A DNA stretch of 64,000 nucleotides from Amoebophrya sp. A120. Taxonomy: Eukaryota > Protista > Dinoflagellata. Positions 39,201-48,200 of the stretch are shown piece by piece. Every line of letters begins with the position of its first letter. Within the stretch, counting starts at the first letter, position 1. The translations under genes and the position numbers were made by a program. The DNA lies in assembly GCA_905178155.1 (NCBI GenBank), contig CAJINV010000006.1, positions 3,782,130 through 3,846,129 on the forward strand, written 5' to 3'. The notes beneath the pieces were generated by a model. The model worked only from the letters and a program-made list of their open reading frames with translations, searched no databases and was not told the origin of the DNA.

Positions 39201-42200
39201 TGGCGACTAGTCCAAGGGTCCAACAGGGTCACCGGGAGCGGACTGGCCTTGAGCTTGCTGGAGAACGAGCCCAAATTGACCGCTTCAGCGGTCCATTGGA
39301 GAAGATTTCTTTTCGTTTCTTCACGAAAAAGTACTTGAACGGAAGCATTCGACAGCACGAAGATCGGCGATAACCACTGTAGTTGGTGTAGACCGGCACG
39401 GATTTGTAAGATGGGTGCCCGTGACAAGATCAAGGTCGACGTGTACATCTTTTGGTGGTTGAATGCAATGATGGTCCCCGTCTGCGACACCGGGTGCAAG
39501 GCTTGCTTGGTCACCGATGTTGTGATCCCGGCCTGGAGGTCAAAAGTTGCTAACTGTTCCAAACCTACCTGCGCCGCGCGGTGCATGTCCAAGGCGCATC
39601 CAACGCCTTTAACGCCTTTGAGCAGGCTACGGGAGACAAGTCTCCATCCTGCTTTGGCGTTTAATTTCCACAACAACGATTGCCGCCGCCCTGACAATGC
39701 TGAGGGAAAAGGGCGGACATGAACCGTATTGATAGCTGCAGCCACGGGCGCCGATGACTTCGGAATGTTTTGTTTGAGTTCGGCTTGGACGGCTTTGCGG
39801 TCTGCTTCAGCCTGTTCAAGTTGCTTCTGGAGGGCGGAGCTACTGCTATCCTTTTTGAGCTTTTCCTGCGCCAGTTCGATCGCGGCATCGATTTCGGCGT
39901 GGAGCTTTATTTTTGCTTGGAGGAGGACATGCGGCTGGTCCGTGGAGTCGATCTTACCGAGTTGCAGTAGCTTGTCGCTCTTCGTCAACACAAACTGCAA
40001 CAAGTTTTTGACTCCGTGTAACTCCAGTTTTGTTTCTTCAATCAAGTCCCGTTCCAGTACCTCGAGCTGGTCTGCTGTAGTTGCTGGAAGTCCAAACTTG
40101 TTACGCGTCAGGTATAGACCTCTGTTCGCACGTTTCTCGAGACTTTGCTGCGGAGTATCTACTACTGAAGAGCCACCAACAAGCGGCGCATCGATCATGA
40201 TCTTTGCCACCGTGTCCGGGTGTCGTGGAGCCCCGGTATGAGCAAGTGCTAGTTTGTTTGTGTCACTGGATACCATCAGTCCGGTATTACTCCGTGGGTC
40301 AGCAACCGTTGGGGCCGCGGTCCTCGACGGGGTAGCATTCGCAAATACTAGTTTTGCTCGCTGGCTACTGGGAACGGGGGGAAGATGTGGGCTCAGCGAT
40401 CTCGTATCTGGAAGAGAAATACGGGTAGGAGAGGGAAGTCGCACTGCCGGGCTAATCATCCTGGGAGGGGATCCAGAAGTTCGTGGAAGCACCGCCTCAG
40501 GGGGGCTGGACGAGTTAGTAGCAGCCGGCACGGCGGTGGACGTCGGACGAGGAGGTGAAAAGTCGGCTCGATGGTAGTCGTCGCTGGTGCATGTTGGAAA
40601 AGATCCGCGTCCGGCCATGCCCAGGTCTTCCATCAGGAGCGCTGTGTACAAACTTTTACACATTAGCCAGGTAGTCGATGTGGCCTTGTCGTAGTACCCA
40701 AAGACGAACAGCTGTTGTAAATTTCGTACAATGTCGAAAGCCGTTGAAAACTTGCCCCATTCGTATGTGTTGGTAGCGGATCGGTCATACACCCGGCCGT
40801 TCGCATCAGGAACAGGAATCGGAGCCGCCGAGCCGTCAGCCGTGTTCCAATCCACCTCGTTGAACTGCTCCTCGTTTTCGGGTACGGCATTACACCAGAA
40901 AAAATGGCGCACATCCTGAATCAGTTCCTGGTCTTCGATGTTGACCCGCTCGAGCAACTTCGTAGCCGAAAATTTCTGCTCAACACGAAATTTTGGTCGC
41001 ATCAGCAGCGAAACTTTCGAAGCGACCACTGAATCAAACGCCGGACCGCACAACACTTGGAGGTTGTCTGCCGTAGCTGGCATAGCGATATGTCCTCCCC
41101 ATGTGCACCCGTCGGGGAGGTAGCGGCGATAGTCAGCACACGCGCACTTGAGATCGCTGCAGGCCTTTGGTAAAGATTTGACCCGTAGGTTGAAGGTCGT
41201 GAGGCATACGGGCGGGCCGTATGTAAAGGCCAAAAACCTATCGTTTAGCAAGTGGCGGAAGGTGGAGCGTAGGTTGAGTTTGTCCACAGTTTTATGGTGG
41301 TAGAAGAATATGACTGCCTTCTTCCCATCCCGAGACTGCTTGTCGCCGGCCAACTTTGTCATGCGCAACCTACTTTCGACCAGTTCTTGCAGGAGAAACA
41401 GTTGTTGCGGTGGAAGGACGAAAGCGGTAGTGAGGTGAATGCGGAGCGCGCGAAGTAGTTGTTTACTGCAGCCAGCGATGATTTTTAACAACCAGGAAAC
41501 GCAGTTGAATTTTGCTGCCCCGATGTGCCAGGACGGTACTGGAAGCCATCTGCCAGAAGCTGCAAAATCCTGTGGCGGGTCTAACGCAAAGAACAGCCAA
41601 ACTATCGCGAGCAGAATCCGTTTGACCTCCGCATTGTTTTTCGGGAGTTTGGTGGTATACGCAGTGTCGGGGTGCAGAGTAGACTTGTCTGGTTGAATCG
41701 GAGCATGCAGGTCCAGGCTGAGCCGATTGTTGCTGGAGGTTTCGACAGGAGTGAAGATCATTTGTTTTGCCACCCTCTTATCCTCGCTATTACGCACCGT
41801 GCTAAACTTCCGACGAAACAGCTCTTGTACCATACTACTTCTGCGAGATGGAGTAACGACCGGGTCCGGTGGTAGTAGTGGTGTTTTGGCCGCATCCGGA
41901 AGTTCGATGAGACGGGGGGCATCCGACTGGCGGCAGTTGCGTAGTTGATTTACTCGGCTAGGACCTGCTACACTCCGCCGTTTGAGGCAGGGTTCATCGG
42001 ACACCAGTCGTCGAGATTTCCGCTTCGCAACAAAAAACTCAACGGAGGAGATGAGCTTTGGCGGGGGGACGGCCGGTGGTGGAGCCATGTCCTCTACGTC
42101 CTGCGTGCATTGGACACCAACCCGCGGTGCGAAAAGCTCCTTGTTAGTGGAGTCTTCCACTTCTTGTGTACACTGCACCCCCAGCTGAGAAACATGTGTC

Positions 42201-45200
42201 TTGCCGGGTGTCACCGGGCCATCATCTTCAGGCGGACACGCGGAGCAATTCGCCTCAGACTGGTCAGAGGGAAGGAAGTTGTAGTTGCCCGCCTGTGTTC
42301 AGGTTTCTTTGTAGCCTCTGCAATTTCAAAACTCCACCTTGTTCCGCTAGAAGACGATACATGCTGGAGCCGTCTTCAGGATGTGGACGCCGACGCGGGG
42401 CAGCAGGATGCGTCACGTCCTTGAACTCCAAATTGAAACCCCACGGGTAGTACGTGCGGAGTGACACAATCCAAAACGACTCCCACGCATCAATTTGTGA
42501 TAGCGTGGAGCCGTCGGGAAGCGTAGCTGTTCTGTTGGCCTCCACTTTGTTCATGTAAAAAAGAACATCTGTCGTCACCGCATGGTTCAAGTACTGCTGC
42601 TGGTGCAGGTACATCGGGTGCGTCTCATCCTCGTGCCCCAACCGCTCCGCACAGTTTGCGTGCCCATGGAAGCGTGTACCAGCACCCGCACCCGTGTGGG
42701 CTTTACCCACGTAAGCCAGTCCACAGCTGCACCGGCGCAAGTATATGAGGCTGGTGTCGCCCGCCTCGTAACATGAACGCTGTTCGCGAGCCCGTACTTC
42801 TAGCAGTTTGCCGTTCACTTGTAAAAAGCGGTCAGGCGAGGCGGAAGAACAGAGGCTGCACGGGTTGCCCTTGGCCGCCCTACAACAACTGATCATGCGC
42901 GATCTGTCTAGCTGGAAGAGCTCGGGCTTGAGTCTATCCGCTTTCCAGTTGTTGAGGTCGAGGACGTGGGCCTTAAAAGACGCAAACTTCATTTGCAATG
43001 GGATCGAATAATCGGCCATCCAGGCCACCGGCAGCTCCTCATGTTTGAAGTCCGACTTTATCGCGAAAATATCGTTTGTGTAAATCTGTTGGACATCGCA
43101 GAATTCGGCCACGGCAACGAGCGAGTTGTTGACGGCATGGAGGAAGTTTTCAAGGGGAGGGTTAGGAGCTACAGGTCGAGATGGTTTGCGTACCAGTTGC
43201 AGCACCGACGACGAAGATTGCGCTTGAGGTTGCTGGGCGGGAGTCCGACAGGTGTCGCACAACAGAGAAATCGTAGAATTTAAGTTCTGATTGTACAGCA
43301 AGGGCGGGTTTTCGGATGCAGTCATTTTGTCACTAGAAGCCACACTATAAAGTGTAATCGGAACTACACTTTCGATTGAGCTGTAAACCAGCTAGAGTCA
43401 AGACATTTTAGGATAAATTTGGCCGTCTTCCAATACGAAGCCCGCATCCTCCCAGAAGTGGATCTCCTGGTTAGCTCGGTCCACCGAATCTTCGTACCTC
43501 CACTGATTACTGAAAAAATCGTAGTGCCAGCGGAGGGCTCCCCAACTGCTAGTCCAGTAATCTTTGCCGGTACTCCAACTACAACGGTCCTCCTGGGAAA
43601 CTGTTGAAAGAAATCGGAACGGCTGTTGATGTAATGGAGGTTTGGAAGGTTCTGCTGGCGGCTGATTAGGTGTAGATAGAGAGAAGTGCTGGCCGAGGTG
43701 GGTTTTGTTTTTTCTTCTGGGGCTGCCGTCCGCGTGCAAGGGGGTGTACGACGTACGAAGGCCGTTGTCAGCAAGTGATGCTCGTAATCCTTGAAGCTTA
43801 GTGCCGTCGTGCCCGGAAGAAGCCCTGGAAAATGTCGCCACTGGTCGATGCGGTTGGTCAGCTAGTCCAGTATCTGGGGTGGTCTGTCGTCGAGGTACCA
43901 CAGGCGATGGGGATGGCGTTCCGCGAATTTGTATAGTCGTATGATGTGTCTCCTGTCGGATCATATTCGTAGTAGCGGATATCATCTTCGAAAAAACGAT
44001 GGTGGTTGATAAAATTCCACTACTGGAAACGGCTTGCCGCGCGGTGTAGACGTAAAAGCAGCAGGACGAAACGTTGCGTCGAATATCCCCTGACGACCCG
44101 GGAATGCAATAAACCCCTTTTAATAATGTCGTACTTTGTTCGCTTGGTCCAACTAGGCGATTATTCGTAAATAATTTACACGGTTAATTTACACGGTTAG
44201 TTTCAAACTTTGACGAATCCAACTACGCAGAAACAACCCACGGACACGGAACCGAGATTGACAAATTGCCCATTTTATGTTTCAGCTTTGGACGAAGTGC
44301 TACGTTACGACTACGAAGGTCACACAACGACTCCTGGAAGTTTGGGATGAAAATGGTTAGAGTCGCTTAGTTACTGCCACCACAGCAATAGCGAGCTCTA
44401 CATGACATCGGAGTTCTAAGGGCAGTCCGTCCCCGTTGGCATCAGGCCCTACTAAAACCAATAAAAAGAATCATCATCATCATCATACCCTCGCGATTCA
44501 GTGCACTTCTGATGGTGCACGAGAGAAAAGCAAGTCGCACCAACGCACTTCTGATGGTGCGTGCAGGCGCTGCGCATTATGCTCCAATGAGCAACAGCTC
44601 ATGTTTTCCATCTTTATACTCTCCGCCGGTGGGAAGCAGCCACCAAGAGTCGATGCAAAGTGAAAGACTTACGCACCGCAAAACTATGTACGGCGCGAAT
44701 CGCCGAGCACCCCGCAGCCGGGACACTGTCTAGAGCTACGCTATCCCCGAGCGGGCGAGGCATACAGTGTGCGTTTAGCGGATCAGTGCCTTGGGTCAGG
44801 TGATACTAGACCTAAGGGGAAGCGGCCCCAAAAGCCATGAAGTTCATTGAATGCGTACACTGTCATCATCCGCCGCAGACGACACACCGCCCCCGGTTAC
44901 GTAAATCAATAAAGTTAAGCTATTACGCCCTTAGTCCCTCGATGTCATGCAAAGACGAACCCCAGCGGAAAAAGGCGGAAGAAGAAAGAAGAGGANACAA
45001 CGTTGCACCGCGCGACATGGAAATCCTCTATTTATACCAGGCTGTGGCATATTTCAACAAGAACGCCGGTAGTAGTCGTGTCAAGCTACAAAGCCTGCGA
45101 TTTTCTTTTTGCATGAGACTCACTACACGACTCCAAATCTAAAAACGACCTCCAACAAATCCCCTTAAAAATCTATACCGCTGCCCTCCTGACTTGCAAC

Positions 45201-48200
45201 TTGAGCCAGCTTCCCTCCTTTGCGTCCGCGATTTCCTGCCGCAGTTCCGTTGCGTCACAGTCAACCCGTCCGTTGACGCCGATAAGGCGCATGTAGGGCT
45301 CCAAAACCAAATCATACCTCCCCATTTGCTGGACGAGGCGTTTTATCAAATGCAAAAATGTCTGGGTCTGGAAGCTTGCGAGACTTGTCATGCTTGTCTG
45401 GCATGACCAAAAAGCTTGCGATGCGTGTCCAAGAAGAGACCCTTTTGCCTGTCATGCAAAAACGCAGTTTCTTCTGCGGAAAACGCAACACAAAGAAGCG
45501 CAGCTATTTCTCATGCTTGGCTGTGAATTACAGAGCATTCACTATTCCCAACGCAGCATTACATCGGAAGTCTACGGGCTGTTCGTCCCTACCGGCATCA
45601 GGCCTTACTTAAAACCAATAAAAAATTCGTAATTATCCCGCCGCGATTCAATGCACTTCTGATGGCGCATGCAGAAAAGCAGGGCGCGCCAACAAAAATA
45701 AAGGAAACGTAAGGAAGAGCTTAGAACGAGACGTTGTTACGAAATCACGGTACGGCGCGAACGATACGACTAACTAAGAAAGCCAGCGGCAACGGGACGA
45801 CTACAGCCACACGGGGTCCCGCGAGGACCGAGAACAGGCTTACCGGACCTGCGGTAAATAAAAGGCCTGGAGGTCTTCGTGGGTGCTCACATAAAACAAG
45901 TTTCGGTCCACACGCAGCGCACCGTGGGTGCATGCTCACCACTGCGTGAAAACTTGTTCTATCGCCGTGCCACGCCGCTTGGCAGCGCGAAAAAAGAGAA
46001 AATCGTCCCTACTCAGACCTCAATTGGAAAGTGTAGGGACGTAGCCAGCAACGGCTAGAAAAACCTAGGAGGGCCAACGCAGCATTACAAGTTTCCAGGC
46101 CCAGACATTTTTACATTTGATACGTTTGTTGATCACCTGCGTGACGCCGTAGACCTTGCCGATTTTCAATTCCGAACGCAGCCCCGAGTGCTCCTGCATC
46201 TGCAGCCCCAGCCCGATGTCGCCGGACACCTTCTTCGTGTAGAAGCTGAAGTAGCGCGAAAATTTCTGCACCTGCACCATGATGTCGTCCCCCGTGCGGA
46301 GCTCCTCTTTCATAGCTTCCACGTCGTCCTTGACGCCGTTGACAGCAACGATGCGATCCCCCACGATCACCTTCTTGTTGGCGTCCGTTTGCGCCTCGTT
46401 GTAATTGTGCAAGAGTCCGCCCCAAACGACGGATTTGACCACCAGGTGCGCCGGTGCGTCGACCGCGAGTCCCCTGTTGGCTTCTGTGAAGGCCTGACCG
46501 CCGTCGAAAAACGAGATCCCGAATTTCGTGAAAGAAAGACATATAAGGAATAAAGCACTAGGAGGCTTGCGCAGAACCAAAAACTTACTGAAAGAGAGGT
46601 AAGCATAGCTGTAAGGGACTACAAGGGGAGGCTTACGGGGAATAACGGGGAAGGTCAACGAACGACGTTCAACGTAGAGCGGACGAAGGCATACAAACTA
46701 AACCGGTTCACAAGTATTAAAGCGTTTTACGAAAGTACGAGGCGCGGCAGCCTAAGCAGGGCGGAGGAAGACGCTACAGCCACACGGGGTCCGTACTACC
46801 ACCATACAGGTATGTCCGACCAAGGACACATGGAAAGGCCTGAAGGTAGATAGCAGGTGCTCACATGGGGGGGCCCTGGTCACGCAGGGTAAAGCCCGAG
46901 GGTGCTAGCTCACCAATACCCGCGGATCCCCCCATCGCAGTCCTCAGAAAAAATACGCCCGAGACGCGATAAAGAAAAACAGACCCTATCCCTACAAAAG
47001 GTAGGCATAGAGTCTCCACCTGGCGGAGGTGTAAGCTATATAAAATCAACCTAAGACGATACGAAGAAAACTTTTCGAGAGCCACAGCTATCGTTCACAC
47101 ACGAAGACGTACCGATTTCGGCTTATTGTTTCTTTTTTCATTTTTTCACGACTTACAATTTTGACGTAGGACTTTTACGAACGCACCGATATTTACGATC
47201 TACCGAGATTATCAACGTACGAGTTACTTTAACATGGGCTACTGCCGTACGGAAACACGAACTACACGTATTCAAACTTAGACTTGTAAAACTTTGAACG
47301 AAACGTCACGAGGTTTTTTTTTTTAGTAATCGCATGACAAATTTCTCAGCGTGAGAAACGAAATCTGTAATGCGGATGTGACTTGGCAGAAAAATTTGCA
47401 AGGCATAGATGCGATCAGTACGAGTACGATGCTTTTACAGTGCGTATCCGTGTTTGACAAACCCAAGCTCCCCGTACTTCTCCTTGAGCCCGGTGCAGTA
47501 ACTTGCCATCTCCAGCCCATTTTGGTTGAACCGGCGGCAAAAGGAGGGAAGGGCATCGGTCGTGGTCCGGCCCTGCAGAAGAACCCACTTGCAGTATCCT
47601 GAGTAAAAACGTCCCCACCCCGTACTTGTCATGCAAATTTGCAAGAATTACAGAAAGACAAAGATTTGTAATGCGCATCTCCATGAGAAACATTTCCAGT
47701 CGCGTTTTGGAATTTGTAATGCTGTAAACAGGATAAGCTGATGGATTTGTCATGCGGTTGTCCTTGCTAACATGCACTACACTACGGACTGCAACTTCTC
47801 ATGCGTGGCTCCCAAAACTTGTGGATTTGTCTTGCTAGGTTCCCAACTTGACTATGGGGTGGGGACGTTTTTACATATGATATGCAGCACATGATCCGCT
47901 CGTTAGAAACGCCCACGGCGTAGGTGTTCGTTTCCATGAACGATTTCGGTAAGACATAAAACGCCTGGTTCGCGCACGCCGGCTCGCAGGTTCCGATTTC
48001 CTCAGCCGTCACTCCGTCTACTTCCAGAGCGGCCACAAGCTCCTTCCTGGTGGCCTCACAGGTGGTGTACGTCATGCAATTTGGGTTTTTCGAGTCGTCC
48101 CGCACGTACAAACCCCCACGGGCGGCAACGTCGGACTCGTAAAAATACTCGTCCCCGAGGTTGAGCTATGCAATGCAAACGCATCGCATACTCGTAGAAT

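Larger units (their letters stand above)
32808..47323 (-). mobile_element. Penelope-like retroelement with GIY-YIG upstream of RT, pseudo-LTR direct repeats and a 16-bp TSD
   Basis: TSD tagtaatcgcatgaca at 32792-32807 and 47324-47339. RT and GIY-YIG ORFs are present, as are direct terminal repeats. No integrase, RNase H or gag motifs were seen. Confidence 0.85.
31898..47446 (-). other. Giant intron: a family-A introner expanded by a nested Helitron-like element and a Penelope-like element
   Basis: Left TIR tatgcactgcaaaagtatcgcac at 31898; right TIR gtacgatgcttttacagtgcgta ending 47446; flanks gccgt/tccgt. Confidence 0.75.

Noticed and set aside
44064-44103. Hammerhead ribozyme (GAAAC..GTC..CTGACGA)
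   Set aside because: Stem III forms, but stems I and II do not pair next to the core, and it is antisense to RT.
32808-47323. LTR retrotransposon
   Set aside because: No TG...CA ends, gag, protease, RNase H or integrase. The TSD is 16 bp, and the RT and GIY-YIG are Penelope-type.
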